64,000 nt of DNA from Camelus ferus (Eukaryota), in NCBI RefSeq assembly GCF_009834535.1, contig NC_045697.1, forward strand, positions 1,304,001-1,368,000. Reading direction: 5' to 3'. The notes beneath the pieces are model-generated. The model saw only the letters and a program-made list of their open reading frames with translations. It was not told the DNA's origin and ran no database searches. Shown here piece after piece: positions 37,331-49,494 of the stretch. The translations under genes and the position numbers were made by a program. Each line of letters opens with the position of its first letter. Position 1 is the stretch's first letter.

Positions 37331-39764
37331 AAGCAGAAAGGAGCCTGGCCCCTGGGTCTGCCAGCCCTGGTCCACAGACGGGGACGGGAGCAGACCCATC
37401 CCTAATCTCTGACGCTGCAGAGCCCTGAGCCCTGGGCCCCACCTGCAGGTGGGAAGCTCTGCTTCCTCCTCTGGCTTAGAGATAAGGCAGGGCTGGCTGC
37501 ATGGGCTTGGCTACTGGCGGGCCAAGAGGGGGCCGCCCTAAGCCCTCCAGCTCCTGGGCAGGCTGGGATCCGGGTTAGCAGCTTGGAGAGGCACTCGGGT
37601 TCCAGAGCACCTCCACTGGGCCAGCTGTGGAATGAATTCTGGGAGGAAAAGTTGGCGCACAGACACCGTGGGGTGGGGGGTGCTCCCCTCCACCCCACAG
37701 GAGGCGTGCCTGTGAGAGGGCAAGTCCCCTTCTGGTAGGAGGGGCGCCTCCTCCTTAGCCCGGCAGGGCAAAGACGGGAACACTGCCAGTCACACTCTGG
37801 AAACCCAGGTGAGCGAAGGCAACCCAGTCTCACTGTGAGCTCAGAGATGCCCCTAGGACACCCCCCAACACAGCCTGGGGCTGAACAGGGACACCCACAA
37901 AGGAGGCACCACATCTTAGAGAGACTGGGAGGAGCAGGGGTTGCAGCGTGCAATGACATCTAGGGTCCCCTGACTCCAGCAAAAAGCAGGCATGAAGCTT
38001 TACGCACACCTGAGATTCACGCAGAAATTCTGAGTTTTGAACCTCACTAAATTTTTGTTTCAAATGCTCTTATTGCCATAAACAATGTTGCCCAAAATGA
38101 TGTTTTCTGAGAACCATCTTATGTAGAGCTGACCGTGGACCTCCCCGAGGCAAGCTGCAGCTTCGCAGACAGTCCACCAAACTAATGCCCTGAAATGTTT
38201 AGCCTCTAAGACCCAGTGAGTCAGCTTCCCGCGCCCCTCTCACCACACAGCCCTCCTCCCAGCCGAACCGGCCCAGCCAGCTCTGAGGGGGCAGCTTCCC
38301 CGCTGCTGGCCCCGCTGGAGGGCAGCCCAGCAACAGCTCATAAGAAAAAGCCTCTAACTGCAGGGGACCCCGCCTGGTAGGCTGCAGCAAAGGGCCCCTT
38401 TATAATTCTGCTCTAGTCTCATCTGAAGATGAACCCTCACCATGGGGAGAGAGGCTTCAGAGAAGCAGGCCCCCCGCACTGGGAGGAGGCTGGATTGGCA
38501 CCGTGAGGATAAGGGCATCCCATCTGGGCTTTGGACACCCCCTGTCTAGGGCAGCAGCTGGGCACAGGGCCCTGCAACACCCCAGGTGACCACGCTGGCC
38601 TGGGCAGCAGTGTTTGTTCTGTGAGCCAAGCCAGACACAATGCCTGGAGATAACTGAGCTTCTACCAAAGGGTTTGCAGAAGGAAAATGAATTCTCAAAT
38701 AAAACTCTCAGTCAAGTACTGTATATACAAATGACACGCCAGAAACAATGACTGCAGGAAGCTTAACCACAGCAGCTGCAGGGGGTCGTGAAAAGCTCTT
38801 CTGTACCACCGCGGAGGGAAGGAGCCCAGGGCGGCAACAGGCCTTGAGGGGAAGTGTGCACCGTGGCACCAAGGGGAACAGACGGTATCTGACAGTTGGG
38901 GTTTTAAACGGCAGGAGACTTGAATTCCAATAGGTTTAAGGTTCTTTACTAAGCATTTTATTTTTAAGACTGTTAAACAGTAAACTTGTTAGGATGCCAG
39001 TTAATTCTGTTCCCACCTTGCTAACAGCCACGAGACCCTGTCCCAGAGGCCCTGGGCCTTCAGGGTGCCCCCCTGCCACACCCCGACGGGAAGGACGAGT
39101 CCTGGGCTGACAGCAGCCCAGGCAACAGGGGAGGGGAGGTTGCCGTCTTCTCGGCTTCTAGGATGGGTGGAAATCTGCTCGTGGGAAATGGAAGTTCAGG
39201 TTGCTTACTATGAATTATTCTTCTCCTTCAAAAAGGATTTGAGGTGACTTAATCAGAATGCATGTGAACTGAGCCTGTTTGTTTAACCAGAGGAGGAATT
39301 AAAAGGCCTAAACAGGGGTCCTGGGTTCTGGGTCAAGTCGATTACTGCAGGTGGGTTTCCCTGATGTCTGCTTTGCCAACTCAGGCTGGGACCCATGAGT
39401 GTCCCCCACTCCTGGGCACATCAGCCCCACCGGGCTGGGATGAAGTGGACTGGGAGAGGCCAGCCCTGCCTGGGTCCTGGGAACATGTCAGTTGGAGAGG
39501 AACATGGAATTCTAAGGGATGTCCCAATGGGAGGACCTAAGAGACAGGACATCACTGGAAGCAGCACCGAGGGAGGCCCCTGGCTGAGCAGGTGGGGTTC
39601 ACGCACAGTTCTGGACCCCTCTACAGCCCACAGAGGCACCCAGTCCTCTGACCGTACCTCACCCAGGGCCACTCCAGTGGTGCTGCTCTGGGAGGTCTGT
39701 GGACAGGCAGCCCCAGTGGGTCTGACAATGAGCCCAGCCACCCCTTGCCCGGAATGTAATCTCA

Positions 39765-40312
39765 GCATTTAGAACAGCTTTACTGAGATGTAACGTGCAG
39801 CCCATGCCCATATGCAGGGGGTTAGTACACTTAGGGAGTTCTGCATCACCACCATGATCTAATTTTAGAAACTTCTTGTCTCCCCAAAAAGAAACCTCAC
39901 ACCCATTACCAGTCACCCCTCCACCAGCCCTGACCGGCTGTCTCTGTGGAGTTCCTGTTCTGGACACATCAAGGTAATGGACTCGTAAAGTTGTAGCCTT
40001 TCATGTCCGGCTTCTTTCACTCGGCATGTCTTCATGTCCAGGCCAAGCTGTAGCCCGTAACAGCACTTCATTCCTTTTTATGGCCAAACAATATTCTGCC
40101 ATGTGGACGGTCCACGTTTTGTTGGTCCGTTCACCAGCTGACGGACGACCGGATTGTTCCTGCCTTTTGGCTATTATGACTAATGCTGCTATGAACAAGT
40201 TTTTGTGTGGATCTACATTTCCAGCTCTCCTGGGCATATACCTAGAAGTGGAATTCCTGGTCACATTCAGCTTTCTGAGGAACTGCCAGACTGTTTTCCA
40301 AAGTGGCTCCAC
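39765..40312 (-). mobile_element. L1M 3' end fragment
   Basis: aacagctttactgagatgtaa...gaggaactgccagactgttttccaaagtgg; ORF 40001..40312(-) PLWKTVWQFLRKLN is like the L1 ORF2 C-terminus. Confidence 0.85.
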
Positions 40313-40319
40313 CAGTCAA

Positions 40320-42030
40320 CAATCATACGACTGCAGGGTTGCAGGATACAAAATTAATAAAAAGAAACGTGTATTTCTGTACACCGACCAGGAACCATCA
40401 GAAAGTGTAACTAAGAAAACAATCCCATTTACAATCACATCGAAAAGAATACAATACCCGGGGATAGCTCTCACTAAGGAGGTAAATGAGCTGCCCTTGG
40501 AGGACCGCCAGCCACTGATGAAAGGAGCTGAAGGTGACACAAACGGGGGAAGGAATGTGTGCTCACGGACTGGAAGGGTTAATACCGTTAAGGCGACCAC
40601 CTCCCAAGGCAATCCAGAGGGTCAGTGCAATGCCTACCAGCACACCAGCGGTGTCTGTCACAGAACCAGAATAAGTAAATCTAAAATTTGTGTGAAAACA
40701 CAGACGACCCCAGGTAGCCAAAACAACCTTGAGAAAGAGCAGAGCTGGTAGCACCACGCTCCCCGACTTCACATCACACTGCAGAGTTACAGTAACAGAA
40801 ACGGTGCGGCCCTGGCACAGGAAGAGGCACAGAGGTCGACGGAACAGCACAGAGAGCCCAGAAACGGGCTCAGACGGACAGTTAGTCTAGGACGAAGGAG
40901 GGGAGAATGGACCACGAGGGAGAGACGGCCTCTTCAGTGAGTGATGTTGGGAAACTGGACAGGGACACACAAAAGGATCAAAGTGGACTGCCTTCTCACA
41001 CCAGACACAAAAACAAACTCAAGAATAAAGACTTCAGCGCAAGACTGAAGCCGTAATATTTCCAAAAGAAAACAGTACGTTCTCTGACATTGGTCTTAGT
41101 CATTTTGGGGGGGATCTGTCTCCTCAGGCGAGGGAGAGGAAAGTGAAAATAAACGGCTGGGACTACAGCAAACCAAGAAGCTTTTGTACAGTGAAGGAGA
41201 CCACAAACAAAACAGAAAGCCCGCCTTCCGAACGGGAGAAGAGGCTTGCAGCAGTGTATCTGATGAGGTGAAAAGAAGCTGACCACTGCTAATGGTCAGG
41301 AAAATGCAAATCAGCACCGCACTGAAGCATCACCTCACACCTGTCGGAACGCTGTCACCAAAAAGACAACAAGCAACAGGCGTCGGTGAGAAAAGGGCGC
41401 CCTCATACACTGTTGGTGGGAATGTAAATTGGCGCAGCCGCTGTGGAAAACAGGATAGAGCCTCAAAAAATTAAGAAAGGAACTACCATATGATCCAGGA
41501 ATTCCACTCCTGGGCATATACCTGACGAAAGGAGGACACTAATTAGAAAAGATACATGCACCCCTATGTTCACTGCAGCATGATTACAGCAGCTAAGACA
41601 CGGGAACAGCCTCAGTGTCCACTGACAGATGACTGGATACCGAAGCTGTGGCGCACAGATGCAATGGAACACTATGCGGCTGTAAACAAGAATGAAATCT
41701 TGCCTTTTGCAAGAACATGGATGGACCTGGAAGGTATCATGCTTCATGAAGTAAGTCAGAGAAAGACAAATTCTGTGTGATTTCACTTACGTGTGGAATC
41801 TAAAAAAAACAAAACAAATGAACAAATAAAACAAACCAGAAACAGAGTTACGGGCACAGAGGACAAACAGGCGGTCATCAGAGGGAAGAGGTGGGAGAGA
41901 ACTCGGTGAGGGAGATCAAGAGGCAGAAGCTTCCCGCTGCGGATTGAGAGGCGCAGGCATGAAGCGTGCAGTGCGAGGAACAGAGTCGGCAACCACGTAG
42001 CACTTTCGCACGGGAACAGGTGATAACTGG
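40320..42030 (+). mobile_element. L1 ORF2 3' part plus 3'UTR, degenerate
   Basis: gttgcaggatacaaaattaat..., KKTIPFTITSKRIQYPGI-like peptide, and atggatggacctggaaggtatcatgct 3' motifs. Confidence 0.88.
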
Positions 42031-43719
42031 ACTTGAACCTTTCCCGGGTCACACCTGGGGGCCATGAGTTTCACCACAAGCCTCCTGGTGCCTCTGAGGA
42101 CAGGCATCGCCCCACATTCTGGACACTCTCTTTTCGACAAATCTTCCATCATTGCAGGGAACTCACCAGCAGGACGGAGGCGGGCCTGGACCCGGACGCT
42201 GCTGGCCCACAGCCCGGAGGGACGTGGGCAGGGGCCCCAGTGCACGGCTCACCCAGGAGGGAGGACGGCACCTGGATCCTGCACTGTACTGCCCTAGGAC
42301 CCTGTGTGGTGTGCCTGCCCAGGGCGCTGGGTCGCGCACGCATCCCTTTACGGGTGCCTCTCCTTCCCTGCCGGGGAATCTGCTGGCCTCCCTCTGACAG
42401 CTCCTCGGGAGCGGGACGGGCACCTGCCCCTGGCCTGTGTCCATGCAGGCGGTGTCTGTATGTCTGGTCTTTCTGTGGAATGCAGAGATTTCCAGCTGGT
42501 CCCACCCAGATGACATGGTGCCCATTCCCCACTGAAGTGCTGCATGGGAAAAACGACCGGGGTCTCGCTGTGGACACGGATGAAGGTGTTCACAACACGG
42601 GTTCTGAGCCTGGCTCTCCTCGTTCAGACCTCCTGGGTCGGGATCCCACTCCTCACGGGAGAAGCAGGGTAGGGGCGTGACTTGGAACTGGAGAGAAAAG
42701 GAAAGCAGTTTGGTCTGGGGCGTTGGTGGGGGGGGTGACGACAGCAGGAGGGCAGAGTGGCCCCTGGACACGGGGTCCAGCCAGCTCGGGGCCCAGGCTG
42801 CAGGGACGGGAGAGGCAGGACCTCGCCAGGCCGCATCAGCGCCCACACCGCGCTCCCTTGGCAGATTCTTCTTTTGCTTTATGGTTATTGCTCAATTTAC
42901 CAAATTATGCAAAGAGAACGAGGAAGCGCTGGGTTCACCTGCTGCCCATCACTACAGGCAGCGACCAGAGACACAACAGGCTCACTCAGCGCCTGTTAGC
43001 ACAGCCGCCCGGAAAGCGCACCCGTTCTCACCACCAGGCCGGGTCGTCAGAGGGTAAAAGTTGTTGGCAAACCAGTGCAGCAAGAGCCTGTACTTGGTTT
43101 TTATGCATTTTTAGAGGAAAAACTATAGACGGACGTTCTAGAGGCTTGATATATGGGAGAAGAGAACCACCTGTGTGTCTGCTCAGAAAAAACAAGGGAA
43201 AAATAAGTCCAATGCAGATTCTCAAGTCAGAGTGAAAACACAGATACAACATTAAAAAATAAAAAGACTCCCTTCCACAACAGTGGGCAAATAATCAAAA
43301 CTCTGAATCCGTAACAGCAGCAAAAGCGGAACAGCCCGTGGGCCCCGGCTCCGGCCCCGCTGTGCGCCCAGCCTGCCGGCCCGGGGGCAACTGAGCTGGG
43401 AAGCCCGCGTGGCTCACGAGGCCCCAGCCCACGCCCACCAGGAGCCCGCCTGGGGGCCCAGGTGAGAAGGCGGCGGAGTCGGGAGGAAGGGCAGGCGAGT
43501 CGTCCAGGCCAGAATGACCGCAGGAGGCGTCCTGGTTTCCTGGGATGCTTGGATACTCTTCCTCGAAGACACAGACTTAGTGTCACAAGACGGCGTTCCC
43601 TCTTCTCGCTTCCTGGTTATAATCTCCCAAAATTGAAAACGCTGGCCTTTAGGTCCTCATTCTTAAGACTAGCGCACGGCCAGCACCCACCCAAGTGGAC
43701 ACTTGGGCATAGAGGGAGA

Positions 43720-45000
43720 TGGTTTGGCTGTTACAATGCCCAAGGAATGCCACAGAATGGAGGGTCCAGGAACAAACCCACACAGACACGGCCAGTTGGT
43801 TTTTGATGAGAGCACCAAAGAAATGAAGTGGAGAAATGAACCTTTTCAACAAATGGTGCTGGAGCAGCCGGACAGCCCCGTGCAGAAGGATGGTCCTCAA
43901 AACGTACCTCGTTGCCCACACAGCCATCAACCCCAAACAGAAAACGCTGAGTGACCGTGAGCTCAGCAAAGCTTTCTTAAATGGTTCACAAAGACCATAA
44001 GCTATAAACGGGAAAAATAAATAAACTAGATTTTGTCAACATTAAGAAGCTTGCAGGGAGGGTGGGGGTAGAGCTCAGGGGTAGAGCACATGCTTAGCAT
44101 GCAGAGGTCCTGGGTTCAATCCCCAGTACCTCCATTAAAAAAAAAAATTAATTAAATAAATAAACCTGATTACCCCCCCCAAAAAACAACAAAACCTGTT
44201 TGAAAAAAAAATTTTTTTAAAAGAAGTTTGCTTTTCAAAAGACCCTGTTAAGAAAATGAAAATTCAAGCCACAAACTTGGAGAAAATTTTTGCCAAGCGT
44301 GTGTACTTCAAAGTATCGACACCTGAGAAACAGAAAGAACTCTCACAACTCAGCCAAAGAGTTTTCAAATGGGCAAAAGATGTGAACAGACACTTAAGCA
44401 GGCCTGTGTGAAAAGATGCTCTGCACGTGGGCATCAGGAACGTGCAAGTTCAGGCCACAGTGAGCTAGCACCTCTCATCCGCCGGAACGGCCGAAGCTCA
44501 GAACCTGACCTCACCAGCTGTCGGTGAGGCTGCAGAGCGCCCGGGCCTCGGACAGCTGGTGCGGACGCGAAGAGGTCCAACCGGTGCAAAGCAGTTTGGC
44601 AGTTTCTCAGAAAGTTAAACATTCACTGACCCCATGAACCGGCCACCCTACTCCCAAGAGGCGTGAAAGCCCCGGGCCACACAGAGATCTGAGCATCAGT
44701 GTTCAGAGGAGCTTCATTAACAAACGTCAAACCCCAGAAACAACGGCACGTCCACGGCAGGAGGTGGACAAGCAAGCCGCGCTCCGTCCACACGGCGCCC
44801 GCGCCCCGGCAGCGAGAAGGCCGGAGCTGCTGACGCCTGCTGCAACGTGGTGAGCCTCAGAACACTGAGGGTGAGTGGAAGCCAGACTGAGACAGGCCTC
44901 ACCTGTGTGTGTGCGCGATTCCACTGATACGCGACAGTGGAGAAGGCCGACTGCACCTGGTGGCAGAAAACAGATGAGGGGTTGCCTGGGGACAGAGGTG
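43720..45000 (+). mobile_element. Old L1M ORF2/3'UTR fragment interrupted by a SINE
   Basis: cttttcaacaaatggtgctggag and gcagtttggcagtttctcagaaagttaaac motifs. Confidence 0.8.
44055..44220 (+). mobile_element. tRNA-derived SINE (vic-1 type) with an 11-bp TSD
   Basis: GGGGGTAGAGCTCAGGGGTAGAGCACATGCTTAGCATGCAGAGGTCCTGGGTTCAATCCCCAGTACCTCC plus an A-rich tail; flanked by AAGAAGCTTGC (44044-44054) and AAGAAGTTTGC (44221-44231). Confidence 0.9.
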
Positions 45001-45875
45001 ACAGGCCAGGGTGCCATCTTGGTCTCACGTCAACCAAGGGAGCCTGGAGCAGATCACAGCTCAGGGAGGCCCACGTGCAGTGAGGAGCTGGGGGCCTGTG
45101 GGAGGTCAACAAGAATGCCTGGGGCAGAGTCGGTGGTGACTGGTGCTCTTGCCACCCCTGCCCGGAAGGCCCTCAGGTTTGGGGGAAAGAACTGCCAAGC
45201 GATGGAGGGCCAACCCCGGAGGCAGTTACACCTGGAACGCCAGGGTGGGTGGTGCACTGGCAGGCCCCTGCCCTTGGCTGAAGCCCACCGCGGGGCCGCC
45301 ACCAAGGCCAGGGGGAAGGACTGGGCAGGGAGGCGGCAGCAGACACCGCCTCTAAGGGCCGAAGTGGAAATGGAAACAGGCTGCACTCGGACTGCTGCAG
45401 CTTCCTAGGGGACACGGTGCGGGGGGCTGGGCCTCGACCCCACGGTTGGCAGCCCCTGCTCATCCCCCTGGTGGGAGGAGCCCGGAGCCAGGCCTGCCCA
45501 GTGACAGACTACGGGTGGGACTGCCGGGCCACCGGCTGATGCCATCCTGACGTGGTCCAGGGCAAGACACTGTCCAGGGCTGGGCAGCCACATGTGAACC
45601 TAGGAGACCCTGGACTCCAGCCCACAGCCCACCGTGGTGAAACCACACACCCCTTCGGTCACCTGCAGCAGAAGCCTGTGGGGCCTGCACGGAGAAGGAG
45701 GCCAAGAAGGGTGCATGGCCTCCAGGGACTCGCCCTATCTGAGCAGGGTGTGGACATTTCGCTTGCTGTCTTACAGTCACGTGACCAAGAGGAACCAAAG
45801 GAGTCCTCCAAAGCAGAGGCCTCAGACTGGGAGGGGCAGCCCTGAGGGTGCGTCCAGTTACAAGAAGAGCTGGCA

Positions 45876-46949
45876 AGAAGCAAAAACAAACAGATGGGAC
45901 CTAATTAAACCTAAACCTTTCTCAAAGCAAAGGAAATCACCAACCAAGTAAAAAGACAACCTACTGAATGGGAGAAAATATGTGCAAGTAACATGACTGA
46001 TAAGGGGTTAATATCCAAAAATACAAACAGCCCATACAACTCAACATCAAAAACAAACAATCCAATCAGAAACTGGGCAGAGGACCTGAACAGACAACTT
46101 TCCAAAGAAGACATAGGGCCAACAGGCACATGAAAAGATGCTCAGCATCTTTCAGAGAAACACAAATCAAAACCACTGTATCACCTCACACCTGTCAGAA
46201 TGGCCATTATAAAAAGAACACAAATAATAAATGTAGGCAAAGATGTGGAGAAGAGGGAGCCCCCATACACCGCTGACGGGAATACAAATTGGTGCAGCCA
46301 CTGTGGAAAACAGGATGGCAGGTCTTCAAAAAAACTAAAAACAGAATTAGCAAAATGACCCAGCAGTCCCACTCCTGGGTGTGTCTCTGAAGAAAACGGA
46401 AACGCTAATCAGAAAACATACGTGAACAGTGCTGTTCACAACAGCTCTATTTACAACAGCCAAGACGCAGGAGCAACCTAAGTGTCCATCAGCAGACGAC
46501 TGGATAAAGAAGATGTGGTCCAGATACACAGTGGAATACTACTCAGCCATAAAAAAGAATGAGATTCTGCCACTGCAACAGTATGGATGGACCCAGAGGA
46601 TGTCATACTTAAGTGAGATAACTCAGACAGAGAAAGACAAATACTGTATGTTATCACTTACATGTAGAATCTAACACAACAACCTAGTGAATATAACCAA
46701 AAAGCAGCAGACTCACAGATGCAGAGGACAAACTAGTGGTTCCCAGTGGGGGGGAGGGAGGAGGGGGATTTAGGTGTAAACCTTCAGGTATAAAATCAGC
46801 TACGAGGATGTATTGTACAACACAGGGAATGTAGCCAATATTTTATAACTATAAATAGAGTATAACCTTTAAAAAATGTGAATCACTATGTTGTAGACCT
46901 GAACAATAATATTACTGTATAATATTGTAAATCAACTACATCTCAATAA
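45876..46949 (+). mobile_element. 5'-truncated L1 with a 16-bp TSD
   Basis: ORF2 C-terminus and 3'UTR ending in CTCAATAAA; flanked by ACAAGAAGAGCTGGCA (45860-45875) and ACAAGGAGAGCTGGCA (46950-46965). Confidence 0.92.
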
Positions 46950-47254
46950 ACAAGGAGAGCTGGCAGAGAAAGGCTGACCGCCCTGGGATTTCAGAGGCCA
47001 GGTTGATTTCCTCCTGCATCCACACAGCCGCCCCTCCCGGAGCAAACCTTGGGGCTGTGTCTTCAAAGGTGCTCCCTACAGGCCACCCTTCATCACTCCA
47101 CTGGCCACCCTCCTGTCATCACTCAGCCTGGACACCACCGGCCCTCTGACCAGCTGCCAAAGCGGTGGTGCCACTGGGCCCTCTCCGCCGCCAGGCTGCA
47201 GCATACCCACCCCCTTCTGTTCCATAAGTCTGCCTGGCATGGTCCAGCCCAGGG

Positions 47255-47820
47255 TACAGTACAATGTCCCAGTCATGCGTATATGTATATATACATACAT
47301 TCATTTTCATATTCTGTTTCGTTATAGGTTATTATAAGATGCTGAATATAGCTCCCTGTGCTATGCAGAAGAAATTTGTTTTCTCTATTTTATATACAGT
47401 AATCGGTACTTGCAAATCTCAGACTCCCACTATATCCCTTCCTACCCCTCCCTTCCCCACCCCCATAACCATAAGTTTGCTTTCTATGTCTGTGAGTCTA
47501 TTTCCGTTTTGTAAATAAGTTCATTTGTGTCTTTTTTTTTTTTAGATTCCACATATAAGTGACATCATATGGTATTTTTCTTTCTCTTTCTGGCTCACTT
47601 CACTTAGAATGAGGATCTCCAGGTCCATCCATGTTGCTGCAAATGGCATTATTTTATTCTTTCTTTTGGCTGAGTAGTATTCCATTGTATAAATGTACCA
47701 CAGCTTCTTTATCCAGCCGTCTGTCGATGATATTTAGTTGCTTCCACATCCTGACCATTGTAAACAGTGCTGCTATGAACACTGGGGTGTGTGTATCCTT
47801 TCGAATTAGAGTTCCCTCCT
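47255..47820 (-). mobile_element. L1 3' end (cetartiodactyl/camelid type), reverse orientation
   Basis: ttagattccacatataagtgacatcatatgg, ccatccatgttgctgcaaatggcattatt and aacagtgctgctatgaacactgggg. Confidence 0.9.
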
Positions 47821-49189
47821 AACCTACGTAGAATTTATTTTCCTTTAAGGAGCTGGCAGGGACCCATGCTGACTGTCCCATCTCACCTCCCCAAGCAGCC
47901 CCCAGAGTCAGTCTCGTCTGAATAGAAACTGTGGTGGCCACAAGCTGGGGGGAGCGCCACGGCCCTGGAACAGACACAGCAGAGTAGGGGGAGGGCTGGA
48001 TGGCCCCCGATGACCAGGGGGCCAGGGAAGGCTGGGAAGCAGGCAGTAGGGACTCTTCTGTGTGGACGGGGATGGAGGAAGGACGAAGCCAGAATAAAGA
48101 AGCAGCCAAGCATGCATGCACCTCTGGTGGGGGCCTCCCCTCCCCGGGGCCTCCCTGCAGCCCTGTGCCCCCACCTCAACATACACCAGCCCCCCCTCCC
48201 CCCGGGGCTGCCCCCCAGGTCTTTCCCCGGGTCTTTCTGTTGTATTCACTTCCTCTCCAATCTGCCCCTCAGCCCCACCTCTGCTGCCCCCTTCCCCCTC
48301 CCTAATCCACCCTTCACAGCCCCCTCCCCCTCATCCCTTGATAAGCCCTTCTTTGGCCCAATCCTCTGCCTGTCCCCCCAGGTCTGCCCTGGCTCACTGG
48401 GGAGGGGTCTGCAAGGATCCTGGGAGTATCTATCAGGGTATCAGTAGGCCTGCCATCCTCAGAAGACCCCACACAGCAAAGTCTGGCTCCTGGCCACCCC
48501 GTGAGCACCGCGGCCAGGACTGGCCCTGTGTGGGTAGTCCCCCAGGCCCTGGTAATGGTTTTCACACCTGCTGTTATGACAACAGATCTGTGGGTGTCCA
48601 TCCTGAGTGCCTGTCATGTTGGGGTCACCTGGCTCCCCACTCACCTTGGACTCAGAACTGCCCAGAAACAGAATTGGGTGTTTTGGCTTCTGCAGAACCA
48701 ATGTCCCCACAGGAATGAGGCCCCGCAGACGCCTGGACACAGCTCTGCTGCTGGTGTGAGCTGACCAGGCCTGGCCAGGACAGGACCATGAAGGACACGG
48801 CGCCCACCCACTCCCCTGGGCTCCCACTGACCGCTGTGGGCTCCTGGCAGCGATTGGCCTCAGTGCAAGCCTGACTTCATTTATCTGACAGCGCCATTCC
48901 CTGTAAGTTCTCTTCAAAGCCTGAGCGTAAATTTAAGACATCGGGACACATAAAAACTGGCAATTATGACCATATTAAACATGGATCCCATTGGGAGAGG
49001 CAAATTAAAAGCTTTCAAAACATCAATTTCCCAGTTAGCTTCTCAAGGTCATTCCTAATGTTGACCCCAAGCACAATCGCCCTACGGGAATAAATCCTAG
49101 AGGCAAAGAGCTGGACTGCCAGCAGGAAGCTCCCACATCTGCTTGGAGATCGCCTTCCCAAATCTCAGTCAAGTTCCCGCACACCACAG

Positions 49190-49270
49190 AGGAGGGAGGG
49201 GAGGCGGGCAGAGCTCATGCTGAGCGTGCTCGAGGTCCAGCGTTCAATCCTTGGTCCCGCCATTAAAAAA
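49190..49270 (+). mobile_element. Degraded tRNA-derived SINE
   Basis: GGCAGAGCTCATGCTGAGCGTGCTCGAGGTCCAGCGTTCAATCCTTGGTCCCGCCATTAAAAAA resembles the other three copies. Confidence 0.7.
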
Positions 49271-49281
49271 AGGAAGAGACA

Positions 49282-49494
49282 AAAAATGTGACAATGAATG
49301 TATGAGTGTTCATGCGTAACTGAAAAATTGTGCTCTACACTGGAGTTTGACACAACATTGTAAAATGATTATAAATCAATAAAAAATGTTTAAAAAATAG
49401 TAATTATTATTTTATCAATTACATACGGAAACAACAATTTGTATCTATTGAGTTAAATAAGATATATTACTGAAATTTTAAAAAAAAAAAAAAA
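49282..49494 (+). mobile_element. Very short 5'-truncated L1 3' end plus an extra segment and poly(A), inside a 17-bp TSD
   Basis: aaaaatgtgacaatgaatg...tttgacacaacattgtaaaatgattataaatcAATAAA; AAAAAAAGGAAGAGACA occurs at both 49265-49281 and 49488-49504. Confidence 0.85.

Noticed and set aside
39765..42030. Single twin-primed (5'-inverted) L1
   Set aside because: Both oppositely oriented pieces contain the same ORF2-end region with different 3'UTRs and I see no shared TSD; two independent insertions are more likely.
44060..44135. tRNA-Ala gene (also 4652-4730 and 13775-13850)
   Set aside because: These are diverged tRNA-like heads with A-rich tails, one with a TSD, present in several copies, so they are SINEs and not tRNA genes.
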